Positions 37,705 to 48,995 of a stretch of DNA of 64,000 bases are shown here, piece by piece. Positions within the stretch are counted from its first letter, which is position 1. Each line of letters opens with the position of its first letter. A program made the translations under genes and the position numbers. This DNA is from Rebecca billardiae RCC1528 (lineage: Eukaryota > Protista > Haptophyta), in assembly GCA_965240325.2 (NCBI GenBank), contig OZ251234.1, forward strand, positions 310,001 to 374,000, given 5' to 3'. The notes under the pieces are model-generated. The model did no database searches. It saw nothing but the letters and a program-made list of their open reading frames with translations, and was not told the DNA's origin.

Positions 37705-38195
37705 CGTGGCCGCCCTCGATGCGCACCCGGTCAGGGAAGAGGGGATTGAGTCCTGCTGACGCCTGACGAAAGAAAGCACTCGGACTCGATGATCTTGAAT
37801 TGCAAGGCAGTGCACTGCTTGTACCTGGGACCACCCCACAGTGTTGGGCTTGTATCGTGCTGTTGGCAATGGCAAACCCCCGCCCCCTCTGGAGGCGGGC
37901 TGTCCACAGTGGAGTGGTGTCAAGACACTAGGTGTCTCGGTCAGTGGTTTGAGGTTGGGTGAGGGTGGTGGTTGGTTGGGGGCTGGCCAGGGTAGGGCTG
38001 GAGGCTTCGGCCGCCAGCCTGATCACCCGGAGCCCGTTATTATTTAAAGGGGAATTTTAAAAAACGGCTGACGGCCACTCGCCCTCGGCCAGCCGAGTGG
38101 ACGACCAGTGGCAGTGGACGCGAGGCTGCTACGCATCACAGACATCTTTAAGAATCTGTGACGACGTACACCATATCAACATCAACAAGGAGCCA

Positions 38196-39566
38196 TCACT
38201 TAGCATCTGCCATCAGTCTCACGGCGGATGATGCCATCAGCTGCGCCGCGACTGCTTGGACACGATTCCGATTCTGATGAAGACTCTGCGTCGTCGTCGT
38301 CGTCACAGTCGTCGTCTGCTTCGTCGCATCCTCGTCAGCATTGGCGGCAGCTGTCAGATTCGTCACCACGGCGTGCATCTGCGGTTGCGGTCTGATGCCG
38401 ATGTCGTTGCCTGCCTGGCATTCTTCACCAGCGGCACTGCCGCCGCACTCTGCAGAGCACTCCCTCGTTCCGGCGGACAGCCCGGCGCCCGCGATGCCTT
38501 GCCTGTGACCGAAGGCTTGGGCAAGGGCGCCAGCAGCGCCACAGCTGCCCGCCGCCTCACCAGTGCCATCGCCGCCGTCACCGAGGCCCATCAGGACGCC
38601 GCTGCCTGCAGGGCACGCGTCACCGTCCTCGGGCTCGTCCTCACCGCACGCGCAGCACACGACGGCGTTCTCCTCGCCGTCGGCGCCGCACATCGCTCCG
38701 GCCAGCTGCGCGTGCTCCACGCCCCCAGCCGCGCCCGCCTCGTGCGCAGGGCCAAGCCAGTGCACGCTCGCAAAAGTGCGCGCGAGCGCGTCGCACAGCG
38801 CGCCGCGGAGCTCCCTGCGCGCGGGCTCGGCCAGGCAGTCGGCGAAAAGCACATTGAGCGCCACCACGTCTCGCGCGCGCCGGCGCAGTAGCGCGCACGC
38901 CTCGTCCCCCAGCAATTCAGAGGGCGGCGCAGCCAGGCGCGCGTCAGCAGGCGGTGCGCTCAGGTCGACGAGGATCACGTCGAAAGGGGCGCCGGCGTGT
39001 GGCGGCGGGCGGCGCAGCAGCTCGAGAGCGTCGCCGATGTGCACGTGCAGGCCGGGCCCGGGAGCCTCGCGCGGCGCGGGCATCGCGAAGTGCGCGCGCG
39101 CCAGCGGCACGAGTCCGGCATACTTCTCATACACGTGCACCTCGGCGCGCGGGAACGTGCCCACCAGCCACGTGGGGAGCGCGCCGCCGCCGAGGCCGAG
39201 GCAGAGGATGCGGGAAGGTTCGGGGTCGGCCGAGCGGCCGCGCAGCCGGTGTGCGCGCACGAGGAAGGACGCGAGCATCACGCGGTGGCAGCCGAAGAGC
39301 AGACGCTCCGTGAGAACGTGGCCGGCGCGCGAGACGAGCGCCTCTGTCTGCACGAGCATCTGCGCCGAGGGCGGCTCGACGAGGTAGAGGCGGCGCACGG
39401 ACGTGCCGTCATGAGCGGGAGCGCTCTGCGCCACCACTGCGTGCGAGCCATCCGAGAGTACCGCCGTCTCTAGGATGCGGCCGCTCATCAGTCCGAGCGC
39501 GCCATCGTTCTTCTGGCCGTGAGTGAGGCCATCCGCATCCGGCCGCGAGACCGTCGACGTTGTCAT
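38196..39566 (-). CDS. Class I SAM-dependent methyltransferase (spermidine-synthase-like / METTL13 C-terminal-like)
   Basis: ILCLGLGGGALPTWL..VHVYEK..IGDAL..FDVILVD. Confidence 0.75.
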   Translation of the reverse strand: MTTSTVSRPDADGLTHGQKNDGALGLMSGRILETAVLSDGSHAVVAQSAPAHDGTSVRRLYLVEPPSAQMLVQTEALVSRAGHVLTERLLFGCHRVMLASFLVRAHRLRGRSADPEPSRILCLGLGGGALPTWLVGTFPRAEVHVYEKYAGLVPLARAHFAMPAPREAPGPGLHVHIGDALELLRRPPPHAGAPFDVILVDLSAPPADARLAAPPSELLGDEACALLRRRARDVVALNVLFADCLAEPARRELRGALCDALARTFASVHWLGPAHEAGAAGGVEHAQLAGAMCGADGEENAVVCCACGEDEPEDGDACPAGSGVLMGLGDGGDGTGEAAGSCGAAGALAQAFGHRQGIAGAGLSAGTRECSAECGGSAAGEECQAGNDIGIRPQPQMHAVVTNLTAAANADEDATKQTTTVTTTTTQSLHQNRNRVQAVAAQLMASSAVRLMADAK

Positions 39567-39972
39567 CTAACTACAACCGACGACTCGTCTGCCGTTCTGA
39601 TTCAGGCTGACGACGACGTAGTGGTAGGCTGTCTGTCGTATCAGACGATGGCCTTACCAGACCGACTCGCGACTGAAGCCTGCCGCTTGCCGAGGCGGCG
39701 GCCAGCGCGGACAGCGAGGTGCAGCATTCGGCTGGCAGTGCAGTGCCACTGGCACTGTCGCGCACCGTCACGGCTGACGACCAACCGCCGACGCGACCGT
39801 GCTCGGCGCTCGGACTGCGTCGGGTGCTGGCACCTCCGCGCCATTCGAGTCGGATGATCGCGAATCGCTGCGCCGAGCGCGCGCGCGACGACCCAACCAG
39901 AACGGGCATCACTGTAGCCGGCAGGTCGCAGGACGACTCGCTGCCGTACCCAGTGGGCCGGGGGCGGGAGGC

Positions 39973-41751
39973 TCATCCGCGCGGGCAGCGCCGGGCAGCG
40001 CCGGCGCGCCTTGCGACGCCGTGGCTGCGCGTCGTCCTGCGCCGGCGCTGCTGAGCGCGCGCCATCGCGCCGGACTGCGTCGAGCACGGCGAGGCCGCAT
40101 GCGGCCCAGCGCACAGCAGCCGCGCTTCCTCGCCGCCGGGCGCGCCGGCTTGCGCCGCGCGCGCCGGCGTGTGTTCCCGCGGCGTGCCGTGGCCGTGCCG
40201 GGCGCGCGAGGACGCACCCGTCGCGCGCAGCGCGGAGCCGCGGTGCTCGCTGCGGCCGTCCGCGTCGGCCACGGGGAAGATGGGCGCCGCGCCCGGCGCG
40301 TCGCCCGACGCCGTGGCGTGCGCCCCGTCCGGCTCGTTGAACCACGTCGCGTGCGCGATGCGGTGGCGCTTCTGTATGCGCGCGGTCGCCTGCGCGGCCG
40401 TCTCGGTGTCGAGCACGAGCAGCCGGTCGTCCTCCAGCTCGAACGAGATGAAGTCGCCGTGGGCGTGGGTGACGAGCTCGGCGAGGTGGGCGAGGTTGTG
40501 CAGCTTGGTGCCGTTCACCGCCTCCACCTGCAGCCCGGTGAACATCTCGTACCCCGCGTTCGCCTTGTCCTGCAGCACGCTGACCAGCACGACCACCTGC
40601 CGGCCGGCGACGTCGAGCATCGCGTTGAGCGCCTTGTCGACCAGCCGCTTCGGCGCAGCGTTGTACCAGTCGTTGCCGTAGTCGTAGAGCAGGGGCTGCA
40701 CGAGCGGGCTGAAGACGAGGCCGGCGTACATCACGTACTCGGGCAGCTGCTCGTACGCGTGCACCGGCACGAGCTGCTCGAGCGGCGCCACGCGCACGCG
40801 CGCGAGCCGCTCGGCGCCGTCGCGCAGCACGCGCAGCACGGTCTCGTCGCCCTTCATCTTGCACGAGATCAGGTGGTCGAAGGGCACGCGCTCGCCGAGG
40901 CGCCACTCGATCGTGCCGTCGTTCGCGACGGCGACGCCGTCGACCTCGAGCAGCACGTCGCGCTTCTCCAGCTGCCCTGCCGCCGGGCTCACCGGCTGCA
41001 CGCTGTTCACCATCAGGCCGGACTGGCCGGCCGACATGCCCAGCCGCGCGCGCAGCGCGGGGTTCTCGAGCGTCTGGCAGCGCACGCCCAGCTTGCAGAA
41101 GCCGACGTACCCGCGGTCGCGCTGCCAGTCGAGGAGGAAGTGGTCGATCACCGGCCTCGGCACCAGGAACCCCATCGCCTGCGCGTCGGGCACGTTCTGG
41201 AACGCCACCCCCGCGACGCGGCCGTCCGCGGCGAGCGCCGGCCCGCCGCTGTTGCCCGGGTTGATGCTCGCGTCGATCTGCACGGCGAGCAGGTGCGAGG
41301 CGGCGTGCGCGTACTGGACGCAGTCGACGCGCGAGACAACGCCCGACGTCACCGAGATGTTGTCCCCGCCCGTCGGGAAGCCGATCGCCGTCACGCGGTC
41401 GCGCAGCTCGGGCACGGGCCCAAAGGCGAGCGGCTGGATGCCCTCCCAGAACGCGTCCTCCGGCACGTCGAGCAGCGCGAGGTCGCACTCGTGGCCGATA
41501 GAGACGGGCGTGGCGGCGAACTTGTCCGCAGCCGCGTGCCGGCGCACCATCACGCGTGTGTAGTCGGCCACCACGTGCGCGTTGGTGAGCAGCCGGCGCT
41601 GCCCGTCCAGGTCCTCGATCGCAAACGCCGAGCCCGTCACCTCCGTCTGCATCTTGTTCTGCCAGGGCTGGTGGAAGTTGGGCGAGGAGCGGGAGGTGAA
41701 GACCTTCACGATCGACGTGAGCGGCAGCCGCAGGCGCGGCTGCTGGCACAT
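39973..41751 (-). CDS. Deg/HtrA serine protease (plant Deg2/9/10-like) with PDZ domains
   Basis: Catalytic triad LTNAHVV, ECDLALL, INPGNSGGP; GFPTGGDNISVTSGVVSR; VANDGT. N- and C-terminal boundaries are uncertain. Confidence 0.92.
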   Translation of the reverse strand: MCQQPRLRLPLTSIVKVFTSRSSPNFHQPWQNKMQTEVTGSAFAIEDLDGQRRLLTNAHVVADYTRVMVRRHAAADKFAATPVSIGHECDLALLDVPEDAFWEGIQPLAFGPVPELRDRVTAIGFPTGGDNISVTSGVVSRVDCVQYAHAASHLLAVQIDASINPGNSGGPALAADGRVAGVAFQNVPDAQAMGFLVPRPVIDHFLLDWQRDRGYVGFCKLGVRCQTLENPALRARLGMSAGQSGLMVNSVQPVSPAAGQLEKRDVLLEVDGVAVANDGTIEWRLGERVPFDHLISCKMKGDETVLRVLRDGAERLARVRVAPLEQLVPVHAYEQLPEYVMYAGLVFSPLVQPLLYDYGNDWYNAAPKRLVDKALNAMLDVAGRQVVVLVSVLQDKANAGYEMFTGLQVEAVNGTKLHNLAHLAELVTHAHGDFISFELEDDRLLVLDTETAAQATARIQKRHRIAHATWFNEPDGAHATASGDAPGAAPIFPVADADGRSEHRGSALRATGASSRARHGHGTPREHTPARAAQAGAPGGEEARLLCAGPHAASPCSTQSGAMARAQQRRRRTTRSHGVARRAGAARRCPRG

Positions 41752-41912
41752 CGTGCGCCCGCGCGCGTGCCCAGCGCGCACGCGTCGCTACGCGCCTCGT
41801 CAACCTGGCCGTGCCGGGCTTTGCACCAAAAGCTGCAAAGCCTGAACGTTCGAGTCCTCTGTCCGGGTTTCGTCGTCCGGATCTCTTCGACGAAGCCACT
41901 TCGTCGACGACG

Positions 41913-43135
41913 ATGGCGGGCGACAAGCGCGCGCGCGCCTCCAAGCTGCACGGCACGAGCCTCGTCTCGGTGAGCCAGCTCGATGTCGCCACCCTCGAGT
42001 ACGCGCGTCCGGCGTGTCCCACGCAGCCCCTCCGCCGCGGGCGTGCCCGCGCCGCCCGTCGCTCGCGAGCGCGCACGCGCTGAGCGCGCGCGCGCGCGCG
42101 CGCACGCTTGCAGGGAGCTCTTTGCGCTCGCCGACCAGATGAAGGCGATGGTGAAGCGCGACGGCATGTGCGACATGCTGCACGGCAAGGTGTTGGGTAA
42201 CATCTTCTACGAACCGTCGACGCGCACCATGTGCTCGTTCGCCACGGCGATGCTCCGGCTGGGCGGGCAGGTCGTACCTGTGAACGAATCGTCGTCCTCC
42301 GCGCAAAAGGGCGAGACGCTGAGCGACACGATCCGCTGCCTCCAGTGCTACGCGGACGTGCTGGTCTTGCGCCACCCGGCCAAGGGTTCCGCACGAGAAG
42401 CCGCGGACGCCGCCTCCAAGCCGGTCATCAACGCGGTGCGCGCCGCGCCGCGCGCGCTGCCTCGGCGCACGCGCGCACGCGCGCACCGCATCGCGTTGAG
42501 ACCTGGCCGCGCGCGCCGCGTGCCGCGCACAGGGCGACGGGACGGGCGAGCACCCGACGCAGGCGCTCCTGGACATGTACACGATCAAGAGCGAGCTGGG
42601 CAAGCTCGACGGCGGGCTCACCCTCACGGCCATCGGCGACCTCAAACACGGCCGCACCGTGCACTCGCTCGTGCAGCTCGCCGCCCTCCACGGCATGACG
42701 GTCAACCTGGTCTCGCCCGACTCGCTGCGCATGCCGCAGCACGTGCTCGACGCGGCGTCGGAGCGCGCGGGCGGCTGGACCGCGTACGCGCACGCCAGCG
42801 AGCTCACGCCCGAGCTGCTCGGCAGCACGGACGTGCTGTACGTCACGCGCGTGCAGAAGGAGCGCTTCGGCTCGGAGGCGGAGTACGACGCGCTCAAGGA
42901 CGCGTTCATCGTGAGCGCGGAGACGATGCGCGCTGCCAAGCCGAGCACCATCGTGATGCACCCGCTGCCGCGCGTGAACGAGATCGCGACCGACGTGGAC
43001 GAGGACCCGCGCGCCGTCTACTTCCGCCAGATGGAGAACGGCATGTACGTGCGCATGGCGCTCCTCGCGTCCGTGCTCGTCGAGGATGCCTCGAGCAAGC
43101 TGCCGGGTGGCGGCAAGCGCACGCGCGCACGCTGA
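41913..43135 (+). CDS. pyrB: Aspartate carbamoyltransferase catalytic subunit; introns 41999-42113, 42436-42532
   Basis: [16 protein letters not shown], spliced [43 protein letters not shown]. Confidence 0.96.
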
Positions 43136-43783
43136 CGCGGGCAGCAGAGCGCGCGCTGTCGGCGGCGTGCGATTCGCAAGCCCCGGCGGTGCTGAGCGCG
43201 CCGCAGTCCTCGCGTAGCGCGAGTGCTCGCCAGGGCCGGGTAGGCAGTCGCACATCGCCTCAGCCCTCCGTCTCCGCCAGCTGCGCCTCGGATCGGCGCC
43301 TCTAAGTCTAATCTGAACCGCGTTATTACTTATTGTCAGACGGTCTGACGCCGGCGGAAATATTAATAAGCCCAGGCCGGTCACAGCGCAGCTTGCATGC
43401 TTCACTCCTCGGAGACAGACACAGCTAGCAGTTACATCAATAATATATTCGGCTGTGTGCAGGTGGCATGGCCGGTCGTCATCCGTTCTGCGGGCGGGTG
43501 GTTAGTTATCGGCTATTCTTCGTCCGACGACTGCTGCTAGTTATATTTAACGACGTGGCAGCATCGGACAAGCGTCAGGCTCAGTAGAGTGCAACAGACA
43601 CATAGAATGCGTCCGCGCCTTCCGTCCAGGTCAGACAGTGCGCCACCCGCAGCCCTGCCAAGGGGAGTCCCCTTGGCCCTGCCCCCCTACGGCTACGGGA
43701 GCGGGGCCGGTGGATAATGGAGCACCGCCTCGCCCATATAGTGTCAGTGATGAGACTGCTGAATAATTATTAGCAGCAGCTGA

Positions 43784-45080
43784 TTATGGCCCGCGGTGCA
43801 GGGCGGAGCGCGCAGCGTGGAGCCCGCACCAGCGGGCCCGAACCACGTTTCAAAAAGATCTTTGATGATCAATAAGAAAAAAGGGACGGGGGGCGGCGGA
43901 AAAAAAGGGACGGGGGCGATTTTTAGGGCTGGCGGAGACCGAGTTTCGAGTTTTTGAGATCGCATAGAGAGGTCTATATTAGGCCGAAAAAGAGCGCGCC
44001 CAGCTGATTCCATAAGTAATCGATGGACGGGACGTGAGCCTGGCCGTGACTTTCGTATAACGGTTCGTTACGAGCGAATCGTACTCGTCTTCCCGGATCG
44101 CGTGACGTCCGGACTGGGCCACATCCGGATCGTCGGAGGTGACGTGCCCCGGCACGATGGGCGATGGCGGATATGCGGGACGGCGCCTGCACGTGCCTCC
44201 GGACCCGCCTCCCGCTTGCTGCTCACGCAGTCAGCTGCGACCGTGGCGCATGATCGCAGAAGCAGTGCCGGCAGTACGGCCTGCATCAGCTAGTGCCGCG
44301 CCGTCGTGGCGCGCGCGGTACGGTTGCGCGTTTGCAGCGCTCGCCGCTCGGCGACGGCACGCGCGTGCGGCTCAGGTGTGTCAAATGCGGTCTCGTCGGC
44401 GCGCTTTCGCCTGCCACCTCGTGCACCCGTGCCGCCAGTTTCATCGTCTTCATGAGGACTGCTGCTGCTGTCGCCATCCGCTCTCCATCACCCCGAGTCG
44501 CCGGTCGCGCGGCGCGCGCGGTAGGCACTAGGCAGGGCGTACGGTCACTCACCCGTGCAACGGGTCAAGTGGCCAGAGTACGTCTGGTCGTTGGCTGGCA
44601 CGGGCCGCAGCGCTAAAGCACCCTGCTGTCACACCCGACTCCTTCAGTACTCCGAGCTCCGCGGCACGACTCACTCGGCACGATCGCGGACGGGTCGGAT
44701 CCGAGCTGATCAGCCAGAGTTGGACACAGTTTGGCAGCTACTAGTAGTAATTCCGATGCCGATGGCACGATCGCGGACGGGTCGGATCCGAGCTGATCAG
44801 CCAGTTGGACATTTGGCAGCTAGTTGTCAGACGGACGTCCGATTTGACGACCGGTGCCGGGTGCGGTCTCAGGTCCGCTGCTGAGATTGTGTGAAGTGTG
44901 AATGAGTCTCGCGGTCGCGCAGGCAGGGCGACGGTCGGACTAATAGCTTCAGTCATCTCAGAACCGACTTCAACTGGCGAACTGCCACTACGGCGGAGAG
45001 CCGCGATTGCACGGCCACCGCGGGCCCCCAACTGCGTTGATTCTATGATGCAGAAAAGGACCGCGGAACGCGGTCATTAT
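43784..45080. mobile_element. Non-autonomous rolling-circle-type (Helentron/HINE-like) element, copy 2
   Basis: TTATGGCCCGCGGTGCAGGGCGGAGCGCG left end with ~250 bp similar to 27739-27967. CACCGCGGGCC at 45016, hairpin 45059-45075, then ATTAT. Confidence 0.7.
44677..44822. repeat. Two ~60-bp direct repeats (period 87 bp) inside element copy 2
   Basis: ggcacgatcgcggacgggtcggatccgagctgatcagcca at 44677 and 44764. Confidence 0.92.
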
Positions 45081-45444
45081 TCTGCTGATATAGTAGTCAT
45101 CATCACACTCGTCTGCTGGCGCGCAGACTCAGACTGAGACTGGCTCGGCCTCGGTACCGCTGCTATATAATACTAGCTATAACTAGTACTGCTGTACCGC
45201 CGCCGGGTCGACCACCGGTGCTGCCCAGCGGCCCTAGCTGGCTGGCTTCATCAGGCCAGTCGTCAACGACCCGCCGCCATGCACTCCTGAATGCCGCAGC
45301 GAGAGCGGAGTCAGTCAGTCCTAATAAGAGTCACCCGCGGAGTCGGCCGCGAGGCGGCGAGGGCAGTGACGCGCGGTGTGCCCGTACCGCCCGATCGGCG
45401 ATCAGCGGCGACGAAACGCGACATGATCGCACAGCCGCCCATGA

Positions 45445-46070
45445 TCACACGCCGTCCGATGGATCGCTGTTCCGGCGGCCCACCCTACTATACCCCGGCC
45501 CTCCGAGCGTCGACGGGAAGAGTGGGATCTCCTGCATTTCTCGCTTCATGCAGAGGAACTCGCCCAGCAGCGCCATCATGATGATGCTCACCACGTTGAT
45601 GATCCACCACTCCAAGCTGGTGGGGAAGCCACTGTGGTACCAGCAGCTGACCATGTGGACGCAGTAGAAGGTGGCCGTGAAGTCCAAGCACTTCTTTGCA
45701 CGCTCGACAATGAGGCACAAGGCGAGGGCCCTGTGCACACGCACACGCCGCGCATGCACCGCGCGAGGTTGGCGAAGGCGCGACCGTAGCCGCGCACACG
45801 CCCCCAGCGGAAGGGGCAACGCGCACCGCTCGCGGCCTACCCGAAGAAGGCGTTGAGCAGGTAGGCCACGATTGGTATCCATCCGTTCGTGAACGATACT
45901 CGCATTGCATTGTGCGAGAACACTTGCCGCAGAGAGATGCTCGCGAGCGAGTTGCCGCTCAGCACGGTGAGCACGACCAGCCAGAGCCCGAACGAGAGAT
46001 AGAGCGCGCTCTGCATACAGCTGATCTGCGCAAGGATGAGGTACGGGTCGAAGCCTGGCGCGTAGAACAT
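45445..46070 (-). CDS. SYS1: SYS1 Golgi integral membrane protein; intron 45731-45840
   Basis: MFY..FDPYLILAQISCMQ; spliced IVERAKKCLDFTATFYCVH..FPTSLEWW..LGEFLCMKREMQEIP. Confidence 0.93.
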
Positions 46071-46367
46071 CGTGCGCCCCGGAGCCGCCGCGACACGGGC
46101 GGCGGCGGAGGTGTTGACCGGTGAGGCGGGTGACGAGTCGTGCTGGCTCAGTGCCTCGCCTGCAATCAGCATGGCGTCGCCCCGGGCTGACCAGTCCTTA
46201 CTCATTGACAAACACACGGCAATGTCGATGGCACGAGCGGACGAGGAGCGCGCTGATGATGATGATGATCAGACAGTCTGCGGACAGCTTGAGCATCGCA
46301 GCTCTGCACTCCCACTTCTGTAGTCCCAGATTCTGCAGTCTCCGTTGTCATCGTAGCCTTACAACGT

Positions 46368-47759
46368 TTACTTGTCTGAGGCGGCGGCGGCGTCCGGCCC
46401 GGCTGCGGGCTGGCAAGCGGTATGCTGTTCATGGCCCAGTGCTGATCCGTCGGCGCTGACGCCATTCAAGCCGTGGCCCCTACTCTGGAGCTCCTCCACC
46501 AGCTCGAGAACTTGCCGCCCGGCGCGCTCAAAGTCAGCGAGCTCGAGATACACGGCGGCCGACAGGCGCGTGTAGATGAGGCCTGAGGCGGCGTCGCGCA
46601 GCGCGAGCATGTACACGCCGTGCCGGCTGAGCATCTCCCGCTGCACCACCTGTGCGACGTCGTAGTCGTCCGTCGGCAGCCGCACGTTGATCATCGCCGC
46701 TTCCATCGACGGCGGCGACAGGCGGCGCGTGCCCCACATGCGCTCGAGCTCATCGCCCGCCGCGCGCGCCAGCCCGCTGACGTATGCGCGCACGCAGCGC
46801 TCGCCGCCAAGCACGCGCTCGCGGAAGCGGAGCGCGTCCGAGAGCGAAATGAGGGCGCTCATGTCGCGGGTGCCCGTGTACGCGAAGCGCTGCACGTACG
46901 TCGTACCGCGCGGGTTGGCCGACGAGATGACCGTGGGCTCGGGGCTCGCCGGCTGCTGACTGCGCCGCGCCGTCCACAGCACGCAGCTCCCCTTGGGCGC
47001 GAAGAGCCACTTGTGCCCGTTGCTCACGTAGTAGTCGACGCCGGCGCCGAGCACGCGCATGTCCACCTCGACCTGGCCGAGGGCGTGCGCGCCGTCGATC
47101 AGGATGCGCGCGCCGGGGACCAGCTTGCGCGCCGCGCCCACCAGCTCGCGCACGGGCGCCAGCAGGCCGGGGTTGGACACGAGGTGGGAGAAGGTGAGCA
47201 GCCGCACGCGCGCGCGCTCCTCGGCGGAGAGCTGCTCGCGGAGCGCGCGCTCGAGGGGGCGGACGAAGGTGTCGAGGGCGTGCTCGACTGGCAGCTCGAT
47301 CGGCACCTCCACCACGCGCACGCCGAGCTCGGCCGCCAGCCACGCCGCCAGGTTCTTCACCATGCCGTACGCGGTCGAGAGCTGGATCAGAATGTCGCCC
47401 GGCCGCAGGCCGAGCGAGCGCAGCACGGCGTTGATCGCGCCCGAGGCGTTCTCGACGAGCACGACGTCGTCAACGTTGGCATGCATCAAGGCCGCCATGT
47501 CCGCGCGCGTGCGGTTGATCAGCTCGTGCATCGTCGCGCGGAACCACACGTCTGGGCGCGCCTCGGCTTGCTCCACGTACGCGCGCTGCGCCGCCAGCAC
47601 GTCGCGCGCGACCGCGCCAAACGAGCCGTGGTTGAGGTTGGTGTAGCTCGGGTCGATCAAGAAGTGCGGGCGCAGCGCCCAGCCGAACTGCACCGCCTCA
47701 CAATCTGCCGACGCTGACGCGGACGAGAGCGCGATCAGCAAACTCGCGGCACACGCCAT
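46368..47759 (-). CDS. Class-V PLP enzyme (L-cysteine desulfhydrase / Egt2 / isopenicillin-N-epimerase-like) with signal peptide
   Basis: LNHGSFGA, VLVENASGAIN, LIDGAHALGQ, YYVSNGHKWLFAPKG, YTGTRD; N-terminus MACAASLLIALSSASASA. Confidence 0.9.
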   Translation of the reverse strand: MACAASLLIALSSASASADCEAVQFGWALRPHFLIDPSYTNLNHGSFGAVARDVLAAQRAYVEQAEARPDVWFRATMHELINRTRADMAALMHANVDDVVLVENASGAINAVLRSLGLRPGDILIQLSTAYGMVKNLAAWLAAELGVRVVEVPIELPVEHALDTFVRPLERALREQLSAEERARVRLLTFSHLVSNPGLLAPVRELVGAARKLVPGARILIDGAHALGQVEVDMRVLGAGVDYYVSNGHKWLFAPKGSCVLWTARRSQQPASPEPTVISSANPRGTTYVQRFAYTGTRDMSALISLSDALRFRERVLGGERCVRAYVSGLARAAGDELERMWGTRRLSPPSMEAAMINVRLPTDDYDVAQVVQREMLSRHGVYMLALRDAASGLIYTRLSAAVYLELADFERAGRQVLELVEELQSRGHGLNGVSADGSALGHEQHTACQPAAGPDAAAASDK

Positions 47760-47963
47760 CGTTCTCCTCAGCCTGTCGTCGGTGCCGGCCGAAGTTTGGT
47801 TGAGGAAGCGGTTGGTCACCGGAAAACGCGCCGAAACGCGCGCTGACTTGAGATTTCGTCGGTCGAAGTGTCGTCGGACGTGCCGACCGGCCAACCGGGG
47901 AAGTTGGACCTGGTTGGACCCAGCCGGCCGCGGCCGCCGACGCACGCGCTGCTTTGTCTCGCG

Positions 47964-48995
47964 ATGCACGGCTCGTCCGGCGTGCCGCTCGCCGTAGCGG
48001 CGCTGGCGCGAGGACCGTCGCTCAGCGCGGCCTCGCGTTGCGTCTCCAATCCGAATCCGGCCCAGCACGCCCCTCTCTTCGCCGCGGTTCGCGAGCGCCT
48101 GGTCGACGCGTACGCGCGCCGCACGCCGACGTGCGTGTCGGCCGTCGAGATGCTCAGCCAGCGCGGCGCGACAGTGTACAACGACCACGTGGCTATGCGC
48201 TCGTTCGTCGACTCTTCGGGGCGCTCCGGGCTTGCCTTCCTCGAGCACATCTTCCTCGCCTTCGGCTACGCCCCCGAGGACAGCATCACCATCCCCGGTA
48301 TGCCTCTGAACGCGCGCTGGTATGAGCCACCTGAGGAGACGGGCTGGCCCAAGGTGTTCATCTCGGAGATGCGCGCAGAAGAGCTGCCGCCCGAGGTGGC
48401 GAGTATCGTGTACCGCCACGTCGACGGCTACTACGAGCCAGAGCGCGTCCAGCGTGCGCTCTCGTCCGGCGACGTGGAGAGCATCGCCGCGCTCATCGAG
48501 CGGCCGCCGTGGTCGATCACGTCCGCGGAGGAAGAGCAGATACGGCGGGTGGCGCACGAGCGGCCGGAGCTCGCGTCGACTACCGAGTACGCCGCGTGGA
48601 CCCTCACGCACGCCCACCGGTGGAACCATCTCACCATCCTGGTCAACACCCTCGGCGGCGACGCCGGCGGCTTTGGCGAGGGAGACGTCGTGGCAGGTGG
48701 CGGCCAGCCCGTGCGCTCGCTTGCTGACATGAACGCGCTGCTCCGCTTGCAGGGCTTCCAGCTGAACGCGGCGGGAGGCGTGGATGGTTTCACGCAGGGG
48801 TCGGCCGAGGTGCATCTCGAGCAATCGTCCACGGTTGCCGACAACGTGCAGCACACGTTTGCGTGCGGCACCACGCGTGCTGTGCCTTGCTCCTTCCTCG
48901 AGCTCATCGCGCGGCACGACGGCTTCCGCGCCTTCCTCGGCCAGAACGCGCGGGGCATCTTCGACTCGACGAACGTGCGAGCAGAGGGCGAGTAG
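47964..48995 (+). CDS. DUF1338 / 2-oxoadipate dioxygenase-decarboxylase (HglS/FLO7-like)
   Basis: NDHVAMRSF, PKVFISE, EYAAWTL..NHLTI, LEQSST.AD, VPCSFLELIAR, F..QNARGIFDST. Confidence 0.88.
   Translation: MHGSSGVPLAVAALARGPSLSAASRCVSNPNPAQHAPLFAAVRERLVDAYARRTPTCVSAVEMLSQRGATVYNDHVAMRSFVDSSGRSGLAFLEHIFLAFGYAPEDSITIPGMPLNARWYEPPEETGWPKVFISEMRAEELPPEVASIVYRHVDGYYEPERVQRALSSGDVESIAALIERPPWSITSAEEEQIRRVAHERPELASTTEYAAWTLTHAHRWNHLTILVNTLGGDAGGFGEGDVVAGGGQPVRSLADMNALLRLQGFQLNAAGGVDGFTQGSAEVHLEQSSTVADNVQHTFACGTTRAVPCSFLELIARHDGFRAFLGQNARGIFDSTNVRAEGE

Noticed and set aside
43657-43677. 10-bp hairpin gccaagggga-g-tccccttggc as a terminator
   Set aside because: No U-tract, eukaryotic context, single occurrence; no function can be supported.
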